From: Caldilineaceae bacterium | Lineage (GTDB): Bacteria; Chloroflexota; Anaerolineae; Caldilineales; Caldilineaceae | Assembly (NCBI GenBank): GCA_965200385.1 | Contig: OZ241342.1 | Location: forward strand, 2,979,880 to 3,043,879 | Direction: 5' to 3' | DNA length: 64,000 bases | Shown: positions 19,820 to 30,393 of the stretch, piece after piece | How the letters are laid out: each line of letters opens with the position of its first letter | Numbering within the stretch: position 1 is the first letter of the stretch | Notes under the pieces: model-generated | What the model was told of the DNA's origin: nothing | The model's database searches: none | What the model saw: only the letters and a program-made list of their open reading frames with translations | Made by a program: the position numbers and the translations under genes

Positions 19820-21034
19820 CTAGCTGACGTAACCCCTCTCGCCATGTTCGGAACTGTCCAGACCTATCGATTCATCGTCGGCGGACACCCGTACACCTAC
19901 TACTAGATCCACAACCTTGAAAATAATCCAGGTCATGGCGAAGGCGTATATCCAGGTGACCACAGTGGCAATGAGCTGGGACATGAACTGGCCGGGATTG
20001 CCATTCAGCAGACCCCCGCTGGCCAGGGTGGTGGAAGCGAAGATGCCCACGGCCAGAGCCCCCCACGTACCGGACATGCCGTGAATGGCCCAAACGTCCA
20101 GTGACTCGTCGATCTTGAAGTGGATCCGCAGTTCCGCCGCAAAGAAGGACACGATGGAAGCCACAATGCCGATGATGAGAGCGGGTATAACCTCGACGAA
20201 ACCGGCGCCCGGTGTAATGGCTACCAGTCCGGCCACGGCGCCCGAGGCTGCACCCAGAGCACTGGGTTTCTTGACAACCAGCCAGGCCAGAATCATCCAG
20301 GTCACCGCACCGGCGGCAGCGGCGGTGTTGGTGGTGACCAGAGCGTTGACTGCAATTTCGTCCGCAGCCAGGGCCGAGCCGCCGTTGAAGCCAAACCAGC
20401 CAAACCAGAGCATGCCGGTGCCCAGCAGAACGAACATCAGACTGTGTGGTTCCATGGGCACGCGTCCGAAGCCTGTCCGGCGACCGATAATCAGAGCTGC
20501 GGCCAGGGCACCTATGCCGGATGACATGTGGACTACGTTACCACCGGCAAAGTCCAGGGGAGACGGGCTGAGGACCGTGTGCAGCCAGCCACCGCCCCAT
20601 ACCCAATGGGCGATGGGCGAGTAAACCAGCGTGGACCAGAATACGACGAACACGAGATAGGCCTTGAACTTGATGCGTTCCGCAAAGGCGCCTGCCAGCA
20701 GGGCCGGGGTAATGGCTGCGAACATGCCCTGGAACATCATGAACAACAGGGCCGGTATATCCATACCGTCCAGGGGTTCCAAACCCACACCCCGCAGGCC
20801 CAGATGCCGCAAATCCCCGATAATCCCCCCGAGTGTGCTGGGACCGAAAGCCAGAGAATAGCCCCACAGGATCCAGACCAGACCGACGACGCCCATGCAA
20901 ATGAAACAATGCATGACTGTGGCCAGGACATTCTTGACGCGGACAAGACCGCCGTAGAAAAGCCCGAGTCCCGGAATCATCAGCATAACCAAGGCTGTTG
21001 AAACCATTATCCAGGCCGTGTTCGCACCGTTCAT
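19820..21034 (-). CDS. amtB: Ammonium transporter
   Basis: GLFYGGLVRVKN, DFAGGNVVHMSSG, HGMSGTWGALAVG. Start set at MNGANTAW (21034). Confidence 0.9.
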   Translation of the reverse strand: MNGANTAWIMVSTALVMLMIPGLGLFYGGLVRVKNVLATVMHCFICMGVVGLVWILWGYSLAFGPSTLGGIIGDLRHLGLRGVGLEPLDGMDIPALLFMMFQGMFAAITPALLAGAFAERIKFKAYLVFVVFWSTLVYSPIAHWVWGGGWLHTVLSPSPLDFAGGNVVHMSSGIGALAAALIIGRRTGFGRVPMEPHSLMFVLLGTGMLWFGWFGFNGGSALAADEIAVNALVTTNTAAAAGAVTWMILAWLVVKKPSALGAASGAVAGLVAITPGAGFVEVIPALIIGIVASIVSFFAAELRIHFKIDESLDVWAIHGMSGTWGALAVGIFASTTLASGGLLNGNPGQFMSQLIATVVTWIYAFAMTWIIFKVVDLVVGVRVSADDESIGLDSSEHGERGYVS

Positions 21035-21302
21035 GGTAATTCCCTCTCTTTGTCTGCGCCGGAAACCCGGCAGATCACCATAGTGGTCAGGAGGCAGACA
21101 TGACGTCTGGTACACTTCGGGATATATAATATCTATAAAGAGAGAGGATTTTATTTGTGCAGAATCAACAATACAATCCGGGGAAAATCGTCAGGTATGC
21201 CCAAAAAAACCGATTTGTCCCGTGGATATGGTGGGCGCGGAGTGGGCACTATAGCCAACATCCAGCCAATATAGCCAAAGTGTTGCCACCATATCCCTAA
21301 AG

Positions 21303-21386
21303 TAGGAAGGGTGGGATTTGAACCCACACGAGGGTTTGCCTCGGCGGATTTTAAGTCCGCTGCGTCTACCGTTCCGCCACCTTCCC
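21303..21386 (-). tRNA. tRNA-Leu (anticodon TAA)
   Basis: Minus-strand read: GGGAAGG TG GCGG...GGACTTAAAATCC (loop CTTAAAA), long variable arm, T-arm GTGGGTTCAAATCCCAC, acceptor 3' CCTTCCT A. Confidence 0.9.
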
Positions 21387-21580
21387 CGGCCTGTGCGATT
21401 GTAGTAGCCGTGACGTGCGCTGTCAAGGAGATCCGAGCGACCGTGCGGCAGTCGATGCCCGCGCCCTTGTTTCCCTGTTCGGGGGCAAAACCATGAGCAC
21501 TCCCCGGCCCGCGCTACGTGCCTGTTTGTCTTTGTGCCGGTACCGGGTTCTGTTCCGCGCAGGCTTGCCGGCCAGCTGCA

Positions 21581-22678
21581 TCACTCCTGTACCACCTCTT
21601 GCCATAGAGCTATATTGTCCAGATGCTGTTCATAGGTTGTGGCAAACAGGTGGGCGCCACTGCGGTCCGGATTGACGACAAAGTACAAGTAGTCATGGCT
21701 TTCGGGATAGAGGACAGCCTCAATGGCAGCCAGACCGGGGTTGGCGATGGGACCGGGCGGCAATCCCCGCACCTGGTAGGTATTGTAGGGGCCCGGTACC
21801 TGGAAATCAGCTTCGGTGAGTTGGGTCCGCCACCAAGTCTGGATCGTGGCGTCGTACCCGAGAGCGTACTGGACGGTGGCATCGATCTGCAGATGCATGT
21901 CACGGGCGAGCCGATTGATCAACACCCCCGCGATACGGGGCATTTCTGGCTGCAGGTAGGCTTCCCTTTCCACCAGGCTGGCCAGGATCAGCACTTCGTA
22001 CAGAGTCAAAGACACAGCCTTCTGACTGCGGGCTTCCTCGTAGCGCGGGAGTACCCGCGCCTGGAATTGTTCCAGTTGGGCCAGGACAAGACTGTGCGCG
22101 GGATCGTCCTGATCCGGCACGAAGTAGGTGTCGGGGAACAGGAAACCTTCCAGGGACTGGAGCGGCGGATTCGTATCCAGAAAGGGGAAGCGCTGGGTCC
22201 ACCGGGCGATCATGCCCGGCTCCTGCACCAGGGTCAGGAACCGTGTCGCCAGCCCCAGACCGTGCGCTTCCTGGCGCTGCGCCAGCTCTTCCAGCCGCAA
22301 TCCCTCCGGCAGCATCACGCTGGCGCTCAGGGGACGGTCCTGCTGCAGGGCCCGGGCCAGATCCGGAATGGTCATGCCGGCACTGAGAGGATGGCTGCCG
22401 GCCTTCAATCGGGTGTCTACTCCCAGCACCCGGACATAGGCTTCAAACAGGGCAGGGTTGGCGATAAGATTGTGGTCCGCCAGTGCCTGGGCAATGGTTT
22501 GGGCACTCTGGCCGGGTTCGACAATGAAGTCCTGGTACGGGGCATGGGACTGCAGAGGCTGATGCAACTCGTCCTCATGCTGTATCAGATAGCGTTCGGG
22601 TGATGTCCGCAAACAGCCGGCAAGAGTCAGGCAAACCAAGAGCAGACAGCAAGGAGACAACCGGCGGAGGAAGTGCAT
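21581..22678 (-). CDS. mltG: Endolytic murein transglycosylase MltG (YceG-like)
   Basis: N-terminal TM/signal segment, LILASLVEREA, GLPPGPIANPG motifs. Confidence 0.85.
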   Translation of the reverse strand: MHFLRRLSPCCLLLVCLTLAGCLRTSPERYLIQHEDELHQPLQSHAPYQDFIVEPGQSAQTIAQALADHNLIANPALFEAYVRVLGVDTRLKAGSHPLSAGMTIPDLARALQQDRPLSASVMLPEGLRLEELAQRQEAHGLGLATRFLTLVQEPGMIARWTQRFPFLDTNPPLQSLEGFLFPDTYFVPDQDDPAHSLVLAQLEQFQARVLPRYEEARSQKAVSLTLYEVLILASLVEREAYLQPEMPRIAGVLINRLARDMHLQIDATVQYALGYDATIQTWWRTQLTEADFQVPGPYNTYQVRGLPPGPIANPGLAAIEAVLYPESHDYLYFVVNPDRSGAHLFATTYEQHLDNIALWQEVVQE

Positions 22679-22711
22679 TGCAAGGGTGGGCGTCAGATGG
22701 AGCAGCGGGCT

Positions 22712-23656
22712 TCAGACTGCGGGAGGCGATGAGCGGCGAAACGCGGGATCCCGATCGTACAAGCACTTCAGACCGGTAGGCAAATCCACACGCGGCTGAA
22801 ACTGCAGCAGATCCTGGGCGCGGGTGATGTTGGCGACCAAACGGGGCGTTCCCGGAATGGCGTCCCGGTTGTGCAATACATTCGGCTGCAAACCGACGGC
22901 GGCACCGATTTCCGCCACCAGTTCATTGATGGAAACCTCACGCCCGCTGCCAATGTTGATGACTGCGCCCTTGGCGGCTGCGGCAACCGCGGCCTTGACC
23001 AGCGCGTCCACCACGTCGTCCACGTAAACGAAGTCCCGGGTTTGCTGACCATCCCCGAACACCACTACCGAACGACGGCTGAGGGTGTCGCGCATGATAC
23101 GGGGAATTACAGGGGCATGGGTATGGGGTATGGCCTGGTAGGGACCGTAAGCGTTGAAAATACGCAGGGCCACAGCCTCGAAGTGGTTGCGCCGGGCCAT
23201 CGCAAACAGGTAATTCTCGGCAGCGACCTTGGACACGGCATAGGGGACACGGGGTGCCAGCACCACGTCTTCCGGCACGGGCTGTTGGACCTGGGTACCA
23301 TATACGGTGGCACTGCTGGTCAGCACCACGCGTTGCACACCTACATCCCGACAGGCTTCCAGCAAAGCCACCGTCCCCCCCACGTTGACCTGGTTGTATT
23401 CCCGCGGGTAGTGATCGGAAGTAGGGACACTGACCAGAGCAGCCAGGTGAAACACCACGTCCACGCCCGGCAACAGTGACCAGAGACCGGGAATGTCATT
23501 CACATCTCCCTGATGCAGGACGATGCCGGGATCCAGATGTTCAGGCTGGCCCCGGCTCAGATTGTCAAGTACATGGACCTGCCAGCCCTGTCTGTGCAGC
23601 CGATTGGCCAGATGGGTTCCGATAAAGCCGGCGCCACCGGTGATCAGAGTTTGCAT
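22712..23656 (-). CDS. NAD-dependent sugar-nucleotide epimerase/dehydratase
   Basis: MQTLITGGAGFIGTHL Rossmann and YAVSK (YxxxK). Start at the internal ATG 23656. Confidence 0.8.
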   Translation of the reverse strand: MQTLITGGAGFIGTHLANRLHRQGWQVHVLDNLSRGQPEHLDPGIVLHQGDVNDIPGLWSLLPGVDVVFHLAALVSVPTSDHYPREYNQVNVGGTVALLEACRDVGVQRVVLTSSATVYGTQVQQPVPEDVVLAPRVPYAVSKVAAENYLFAMARRNHFEAVALRIFNAYGPYQAIPHTHAPVIPRIMRDTLSRRSVVVFGDGQQTRDFVYVDDVVDALVKAAVAAAAKGAVINIGSGREVSINELVAEIGAAVGLQPNVLHNRDAIPGTPRLVANITRAQDLLQFQPRVDLPTGLKCLYDRDPAFRRSSPPAV

Positions 23657-23821
23657 GATGAAGGGTTTGTTGTTCCATACTATGGGCACTGGCCTGTATA
23701 TCGCCTGTGGCTACAGGGCATTTTGCCAGGATCATCATAAAACATTTTCCTGATTTCCGACCCTGAAACAGCTGTGGGCGTGGTGGTTTGACGCCAAGTC
23801 CCAGCTTTATTCTGTCTGCCC

Positions 23822-24766
23822 ATGTCCACCCTGATATCCGGCATGTCCGGCTTCCTTGGTTCGCGCCTGGCCCAGACCCTGGTGGCATCCGGGCCCGGTC
23901 CTGTCTATGGAACCGGGCGGTATCGCCCGAACACGAAACGGGAACCTTCGGCTCTGCACTGGCTGCAGGGCGATCTGCAGAACGCTGCGTGGACGGAGGC
24001 CAGTGTGCGCCGCGTCCAGCCTGACCAATGTTTTCACTTGGCGGCCCAGAGCAATGAAGGACGCAGCTGGACGGCGCCCTGGCACACCTATGCCACCAAC
24101 CTGCAAATTCAGCTCAACCTGCTGGAAGCACTCAGGCAGCACAGTGCGCATTGCCGTGTCCTGATTGCATCCAGCAGTGCCGTGTATGGCTTCATGCAGG
24201 GGGACAGCATTGACGAGACCCATCCGTTGCAGCCAGTGTCGCCCTACGGTGTAAGCAAGGCGGCCCAGGAGCTGATGGGGCGCCAATACGCGCAGATCTG
24301 TCCCCTGTCCCTCGTAGTGTCCCGCACCTTCAACATCATTGGGCCCGGCCAGTCGTCCCAATACGCGCTCAGTTCGTTTGCCTGCCAGATTGCCATGGCG
24401 GAAGCCGGCCGCCAGGAGCCTGTCTTGGCGGTGGGCAATCTGGATGTGACACGTGACTTTCTGGACGTGCGCGATCTGGTGCGGGTCTGGCGGCGGCTGA
24501 TTACGGAAGGGCAGAGCGGGGAAGCCTATAATGTAGCCCGGGGACAGGCCCACCGGTTGCGTGACCTGGTGCATCTGCTGTTGCACCAGGCACGAATTCC
24601 GATGACGATCCGGGAAATGCCTGGCCGGATCCGGCCGGGCGATCCGAACAGGCTGTGTGCCGATATCCGGAAACTGCAGACCCGGCTGGACTGGACACCC
24701 ACCATTCCGCTGGAGCAGACCTTGCAGGACATGCTGGAGTATTGGCGCCAACAGCTGGCGCCTTGA
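23822..24766 (+). CDS. NAD-dependent GDP-4-keto-6-deoxy-D-mannose reductase-like protein (Rmd-like)
   Basis: [11 protein letters not shown] Rossmann and YGVSKAAQE. Sits immediately upstream of gmd. Confidence 0.6.
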   Translation: MSTLISGMSGFLGSRLAQTLVASGPGPVYGTGRYRPNTKREPSALHWLQGDLQNAAWTEASVRRVQPDQCFHLAAQSNEGRSWTAPWHTYATNLQIQLNLLEALRQHSAHCRVLIASSSAVYGFMQGDSIDETHPLQPVSPYGVSKAAQELMGRQYAQICPLSLVVSRTFNIIGPGQSSQYALSSFACQIAMAEAGRQEPVLAVGNLDVTRDFLDVRDLVRVWRRLITEGQSGEAYNVARGQAHRLRDLVHLLLHQARIPMTIREMPGRIRPGDPNRLCADIRKLQTRLDWTPTIPLEQTLQDMLEYWRQQLAP

Positions 24767-24810
24767 GCCTGGCCCTGATTTGCCGATTCACGCAACCGCA
24801 AGGAAGACCC

Positions 24811-25785
24811 ATGTCGCAACCCGTGGCGCTCATCACCGGTATTACGGGACAGGACGGCAGCTATCTGGCGGAGTTCCTGCTGGCCAAGGGCTATACCGTC
24901 GTCGGCATGGCCCGCCACACCAGTTCCGTCAACCACGAACGCATCAAGCACATCCTGGACCGCATCCACCTCGTACAGGGCGACTTGCTGGATCAGTCCA
25001 GTCTCATCAACATCCTGCGTACCTTCCAGCCTGCCGAAATCTACAATCTGGCGGCCCAGAGTTTCATTCCTGCCAGTTTCGAGGCCCCGATTCTGACCGG
25101 CGAAATCACAGCCCTGGGCGTCACGCGCATGCTGGAAGCCGTACGCACGGTGAATCCGGCGATCCGCTTTTACCAGGCCAGCAGCAGCGAAATGTTCGGC
25201 AAGGTGCAGGAGACGCCACAGACGGAACGGACGCCTTTCCATCCACGCAGCCCCTATGGTGTCGCCAAGGTATACGGGCACTGGATTACGGTCAACTATC
25301 GTGAAGCCTACGATCTGTTTGCCTGCTCGGGTATCCTGTTCAATCATGAGAGTCCGCGCCGGGGCCTGGAGTTCGTCACGCGCAAGATTACCTACAACGT
25401 GGCCCGGATCCGCCATGGTCTGATGGATACCTTGCCTATGGGCACCCTGGATACATCCCGGGACTGGGGATATGCCCCGGACTATGTGGAAGCCATGTGG
25501 CTGATGCTGCAGCAGGAAACGCCGGATGACTACGTAGTCGCCACGGGCCACACCCACCTGATCCGGGAATTCCTGGAAGCGGCCTTCGCCCTGGTGGATC
25601 TGGACTGGCAAAACCACGTCGTGCAGGACGAGCGGTTCATGCGCAAGGCGGACGTGGATTTTCTGGTGGGCGATCCGGCCAAGGCACATGCCAGACTGGG
25701 TTGGGAACCGTCCCTAGATTTTGCCGGACTGGTGCAGGTGATGGTAGAAGCCGATATGGAACGGATCGCCAATGCACTGAAGTAG
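24811..25785 (+). CDS. gmd: GDP-mannose 4,6-dehydratase
   Basis: [44 protein letters not shown]. Confidence 0.9.
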   Translation: MSQPVALITGITGQDGSYLAEFLLAKGYTVVGMARHTSSVNHERIKHILDRIHLVQGDLLDQSSLINILRTFQPAEIYNLAAQSFIPASFEAPILTGEITALGVTRMLEAVRTVNPAIRFYQASSSEMFGKVQETPQTERTPFHPRSPYGVAKVYGHWITVNYREAYDLFACSGILFNHESPRRGLEFVTRKITYNVARIRHGLMDTLPMGTLDTSRDWGYAPDYVEAMWLMLQQETPDDYVVATGHTHLIREFLEAAFALVDLDWQNHVVQDERFMRKADVDFLVGDPAKAHARLGWEPSLDFAGLVQVMVEADMERIANALK

Positions 25786-25813
25786 ACCTGAGTTGTGCGG
25801 CCAGGCAGATGGA

Positions 25814-25842
25814 TTGAAACCCGGGGACAGCTGGCATATAAT
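25814..25842 (+). promoter_or_regulatory. Near-consensus sigma-70 promoter
   Basis: TTGAAA, exactly 17 nt, TATAAT. Lies 83 nt upstream of ATG 25925. Confidence 0.5.
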
Positions 25843-25924
25843 GCAGGTTGCTTGAGGGATTGAGGGAACTGTTGTCTGGCGCAAACGGCACAGTTTGGAC
25901 CGCTCGGGAGTTGTAATTTCGTCT

Positions 25925-26506
25925 ATGGCTGAAACCTTGCGCTTGTTTGTCAGTGCCACTGCGGATCTGGAGGCGGAACGCAGTATCGTCGCTACTACCC
26001 TGGCTTCACTGCCGGCCCACAACAAGGTGGAGATTCGGCGTACCCCGGTGCGGGGCGACACCTACGACAACATCTTTGAAAACATCGCCAACTGTGACCG
26101 TGTCTTCTTTCTGCTGGGTCAGGACATCACGGCTCCGGCTGGCCAGGAGTGGTATTTGGCCCTGGATCTGGAACGCCAGGTCATCCCTTTGCGGAAGGAA
26201 GGACCGATGACACCGGCAGGACGTTCCTTTCTGCACGGCACGACCCACCTGCCGTGGCAGGTGTTCCGCACTGCCAGTGGCCTGGAACAGCTTGTGGGTA
26301 CCCAGCTCGTGCGCATTTTGCTGCATCCCCGGAACCGCTACGGTCTGACCTGGCAGGAGAGGACCTTGCTGCGGGCCCATCGTTTTGCGGGCACTGAAGG
26401 GGAAAGCATTGAACCCGGCGGTGCCGAAGGCGGAGGCATTCTGCTGGATGAACGGGCCCCGGACACGGTAATCGGTGCCGTGCTGGATCAGGACGACCAA
26501 GGCTGA
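25925..26506 (+). CDS. Hypothetical protein with DUF4062-like N-terminal domain
   Basis: LRLFVSATADLEAERSIV...IANCDRVFFLLGQDITAPAG resembles the DUF4062 pattern as I remember it (recall only, no search). Confidence 0.5.
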   Translation: MAETLRLFVSATADLEAERSIVATTLASLPAHNKVEIRRTPVRGDTYDNIFENIANCDRVFFLLGQDITAPAGQEWYLALDLERQVIPLRKEGPMTPAGRSFLHGTTHLPWQVFRTASGLEQLVGTQLVRILLHPRNRYGLTWQERTLLRAHRFAGTEGESIEPGGAEGGGILLDERAPDTVIGAVLDQDDQG

Positions 26507-26578
26507 GAGACGCAAATCGTCTCTGTGCACGGCCCGTCGGCCTTGTATACGCCCAAGGGAGGATCAGGAGTATTGCGC

Positions 26579-26980
26579 ATGTTGACGATTAAGCATTTGG
26601 CGATCCGCTGCCGGGATCTGGCCCGGGCCCGCACGTTTTATGAAGCGGGGCTTGGTTTTTCGTTCGTGGCTTTTCGGCGTGACGGCATTGCCATGGATCT
26701 CAGTGATGGCCATGTCAACCTGACGCTGCTACCCTTTGAAACGCAGCCCAGTCCACCGCATGCCGAAGGCGATGAGCATATGCACTTTGGTGTGATCGTG
26801 GAGAGTCTGGAGCCCATTTTCGCGCGCCTCCGGGCCGTGGAGGCGCCGATCATCAAGGAAGATGTCAAGCAACGTCTGGACTATGACCGGGACACGGTAC
26901 CCATCGGGTCTTTCAAGGTGCTGGACCCGGATGGCAACGTCGTAGACGTCTCCGAGCGGCGCGAGGAGTGGCGTACCTGA
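26579..26980 (+). CDS. VOC (glyoxalase/bleomycin-resistance/dioxygenase) family protein
   Basis: IKHLAIRCRDLARARTFYEAGLGFSFV ... HFGVIVESL pattern. GGAGG SD upstream of ATG 26579. Confidence 0.7.
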   Translation: MLTIKHLAIRCRDLARARTFYEAGLGFSFVAFRRDGIAMDLSDGHVNLTLLPFETQPSPPHAEGDEHMHFGVIVESLEPIFARLRAVEAPIIKEDVKQRLDYDRDTVPIGSFKVLDPDGNVVDVSERREEWRT

Positions 26981-27118
26981 AGCCCCGGGTATTCTGGCCA
27001 TCGGCAGGAACACTTGCAACCGGCTGAATTTGGTCTGTTTGCCCAATCGCAATAGACTAGGCAGAGCACTGCCTGGAGACGGCAGTGGCTGTTCAGCATC
27101 AGGTGAGAGGCCAACACC

Positions 27119-27754
27119 TTGGCCAGTTGCGTGACAAACTCCGATGTACCGTGCCTGCCGGTATACGAGGACGAAGTAACCGAGTTGAGTGCGTGCTATG
27201 GTGTGCCCATCCGCCGCCATTTTGACATGGAACTGGATCATTACATGTTGGCACGGCGCCAGTCACGGCGCCATGATCGCCGGGCCGAGGTCCTGTTTGT
27301 GATCTCACGGCCGAACGGCAAGATTCTGCTGCATACCAAGCGCCATTATCCACCTGGCGTGTTCCGGCTGTTTACCGGTGGCATTGGCTTGCACGAGTCG
27401 GTACAAAACGCCCTGTGGCGCGAGGTGGAGGAGGAAACCGGTCTGGATTGCACACTCCAGCGTTTCCTGGCCCTCAGCACCTATTGTTTTCGGCGCGGTG
27501 ACTTCATGGCACGTTTCGCGACATACAGTTTTCACCTGGTGACGGACAATGAGCAGATGCCCCAACCCCGGGATACGGTGGAAGTAGCCTGCATCGGTGA
27601 AACTACGCTGTCCGGTTTGCCTCATGTGGCCCAGCGTCTGCACAGCCTGGCTCCGACAAAGCGCAGGGTTTGGGGGCAGTGGCGGGCCATTGGTCATGAG
27701 CTGGTGTATGAGGCCCTGCGCCAGACGGAAGCGAAGGAAGACGTGCCATGCTAG
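27119..27754 (+). CDS. NUDIX hydrolase
   Basis: Nudix box GGIGLHESVQNALWREVEEETGL. Start codon uncertain (TTG at 27119). Confidence 0.75.
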   Translation: MASCVTNSDVPCLPVYEDEVTELSACYGVPIRRHFDMELDHYMLARRQSRRHDRRAEVLFVISRPNGKILLHTKRHYPPGVFRLFTGGIGLHESVQNALWREVEEETGLDCTLQRFLALSTYCFRRGDFMARFATYSFHLVTDNEQMPQPRDTVEVACIGETTLSGLPHVAQRLHSLAPTKRRVWGQWRAIGHELVYEALRQTEAKEDVPC

Positions 27755-30315
27755 TACCCCTGTCCTGGTTGCGCGAGTATGTGGAATGGACCCAGTCAAC
27801 AGACGAACTGGCTGAGATCCTGACGCTGGCCGGTTTGGAAGTCACGGGTCTGGAGCATGTGGGTGACTGGTGGGATCGGGAGCACATCAAGGTAGGTGAA
27901 GTGGTAAGCGTGCATCCGCATCCGGATGCCGATCGCCTGGTACTCGTGACAGTGAATGACGGGGCGGATGAACCCGTTCAGGTCGTGACTGGAGCGCCCA
28001 ACCTGCTGGCGTACCGTGGACAAAGCACTTTGCCTGTACTGAAAGTGGCCTTCGCCCGCGTGGGCGCGGTCTTGGTGGATGCCTACGCCAAGCAGCCCCG
28101 GCCCCGCAAAAAATTGAAGCGCGCCAAAATCCGCGGGATCCCCTCGACCGGCATGGTATGTTCCGAGCGGGAGCTGGGCCTGAGCGAGGAACATGAAGGC
28201 ATTCTGTTGCTGCCGACAGATGCGCCCACCGGTATGCCTCTGGCCGACTATCTGGGCGAGACCGTTCTGGAACTGGATCTGACTCCCGATATGGCCCGGG
28301 GCCTCAGCCTGATGGGCGTAGCCCGGGAAGTGGCGGCCCTGATGCACGGGCGCCTGCAGCCCCTGCCCCCCATCCCACCGGAGCCGTTCACCCAGTCAAC
28401 CCCGCCGCTGGCGGCCCTGCAGATCGATGAACCGGAGCTTTGTCCCCGCTACGTGGCCGTTGTCGTCCGGAATCTCACCACAGCGCCATCTCCGGTCTGG
28501 ATGCAACAGCGTCTGCTGCGGGCAGGCATGCGACCAGTCAACAACCTGGTGGACATCACGAATTATGTCATGCTGGAACTGGGACAGCCTTTGCATGCGT
28601 TCGACTATGACCTGTTGCAAAGCCGCAGCCGTGTCACAGGCACGGACAGCCCCTGCATTATTGTACGCACGGCCGAGGCCCAGGAGACCCTCACCACGCT
28701 GGACGGTGTGGAACGGACCCTGAACACAAACATGCTGCTCATCACGGATCAGTCCGGTCCCATTGCCATAGCCGGTGTCATGGGCGGGGCCGCGACCGAG
28801 GTACATGGAGAAACCCGGAGCGTGCTTATTGAATCCGCGACGTTCGAGGGTATCAACAACCGCCGGACGGCGCAGGCACTGCGCCTGCACAGCGAAGCCA
28901 GTCGTCGCTTTACGCAGGGTGTGGCACCACACCTGAACCTGCCTGCAGCCCTGCGGGCCGCCAGCCTGATGTGCGACTTGGCCGGAGGCCAGATCGCCGG
29001 GCCGGTGCTTGACGCCTATCCGCGTCCCCAGGAAACCGTCACCATTTGCCTGACGGCCAGTGAAGTGAATCGGCAGCTGGGGCTGGAGCCGCCCCTGGAG
29101 CTGTCCCGGATCCAGGCGGCCCTGGAGAAACTGGACATTGCCTGCCAGACAGTGGCCGATATCCCCACCGACAATTCGCCCCAGGCGCAATTCGGTCTGC
29201 AACGTCAGGCCGGGGAACCGGTACTTGTCTGCACGCCACCGTGGTACCGGCTGGACCTGCGGATACCCGCGGATCTGACGGAGGAAGTAGCCCGCGTTGT
29301 GGGGTACAACCAGGTAGGGCTCACCTACATGCATGATGAGGTGCCGTGTCACGAGCCCGACATGATTTTAGAGACGGAAGAGAAGATCCGGGACATCCTG
29401 AGTGGCATCGGCTTGCAGGAAGCGATCGGCTATTCCTATACCAGCGCAGAAAATCACGCCAAGCTGTACGCCCACGTTCCGGGTGCTGCCACAAGGGACG
29501 AGCTTGTGGAACTGGCCAATCCGCTTACACAGGATCGCAGTGTCATGCGGCGGGACCTGCTGGTGAGTGCCCTGGAAAACCTGGCCTTCAACTTGCGGTA
29601 TGAGGCACGCCTGGCGGCTTTCGAGATTGGTTTGGAGTTCGTGCCTGACGCCTCTACGGCACCCTATCCGCAGGAATTGCGCAAACTGCAGCTGATTATG
29701 ACGGGGTCCCGTCATCTTGCGCACTTTGAAACACCTGCCACCGATGCCCTGTTCGATTACTACGATCTGAAGGGGGTCCTGGAGACGCTGTTCCAACGCC
29801 TGGAACTGGAGGATCGAATCACGTATACTGCGGATCAGGATGCCCGATATGGACCCTACTGTGCACGCATTGAATTGGACGGTACACCCATCGGCTGGGC
29901 CGGTGAATTGCATCCCAGCGTACGGGCTGCCTATGATCTGCCAGCCCAAACCGTAGCCATAGCCAATATCGCTGTCCCGTCTCTGGTGTCACCAGCCTGG
30001 TCCGTGCGCCAGATGAACCCCATCAGTCCCTATCCCGCGGTCATCGAGGATCTGGCGTTCCAGGTGGATGCAGGCATTACCGCCCAGCAGGTAGTGACCG
30101 CCATGCATGCCGGAGGCGGTGCTACCCTGATCGGAGTGGACCTGTTTGATCTGTACGCAGGTGATCCCCTGCCTCCCGGCACCAAATCCCTGGCTTACCG
30201 GGTAACGTATCAGTCCCACACCGGGAGCCTGAGTGAAAAAGCCATTGCCCGGATCCGGCGCCGGATTGTCAGCAGGGTGGAACGCGAGACCGGTGCTGTG
30301 TTGCGCTCGGTGTAA
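27748..30315 (+). CDS. pheT: Phenylalanine--tRNA ligase beta subunit
   Basis: MLVPLSWLREYV start. 855 aa with tRNA-binding, B3/4, B5 and C-terminal FDX-ACB-like regions. Confidence 0.9.
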   Translation: MLVPLSWLREYVEWTQSTDELAEILTLAGLEVTGLEHVGDWWDREHIKVGEVVSVHPHPDADRLVLVTVNDGADEPVQVVTGAPNLLAYRGQSTLPVLKVAFARVGAVLVDAYAKQPRPRKKLKRAKIRGIPSTGMVCSERELGLSEEHEGILLLPTDAPTGMPLADYLGETVLELDLTPDMARGLSLMGVAREVAALMHGRLQPLPPIPPEPFTQSTPPLAALQIDEPELCPRYVAVVVRNLTTAPSPVWMQQRLLRAGMRPVNNLVDITNYVMLELGQPLHAFDYDLLQSRSRVTGTDSPCIIVRTAEAQETLTTLDGVERTLNTNMLLITDQSGPIAIAGVMGGAATEVHGETRSVLIESATFEGINNRRTAQALRLHSEASRRFTQGVAPHLNLPAALRAASLMCDLAGGQIAGPVLDAYPRPQETVTICLTASEVNRQLGLEPPLELSRIQAALEKLDIACQTVADIPTDNSPQAQFGLQRQAGEPVLVCTPPWYRLDLRIPADLTEEVARVVGYNQVGLTYMHDEVPCHEPDMILETEEKIRDILSGIGLQEAIGYSYTSAENHAKLYAHVPGAATRDELVELANPLTQDRSVMRRDLLVSALENLAFNLRYEARLAAFEIGLEFVPDASTAPYPQELRKLQLIMTGSRHLAHFETPATDALFDYYDLKGVLETLFQRLELEDRITYTADQDARYGPYCARIELDGTPIGWAGELHPSVRAAYDLPAQTVAIANIAVPSLVSPAWSVRQMNPISPYPAVIEDLAFQVDAGITAQQVVTAMHAGGGATLIGVDLFDLYAGDPLPPGTKSLAYRVTYQSHTGSLSEKAIARIRRRIVSRVERETGAVLRSV

Positions 30316-30393
30316 CCTCGACAGGAGCAATTTCCTGGATGCTGATAGTAACCATTGTGGGCGGATGGTTATGAACATGAAGAGAGTATCGCT

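Noticed and set aside
21151-21426. 91-aa minus-strand ORF
   Set aside because: It overlaps the tRNA-Leu gene and the AT-rich amtB upstream region, and has no coding bias.
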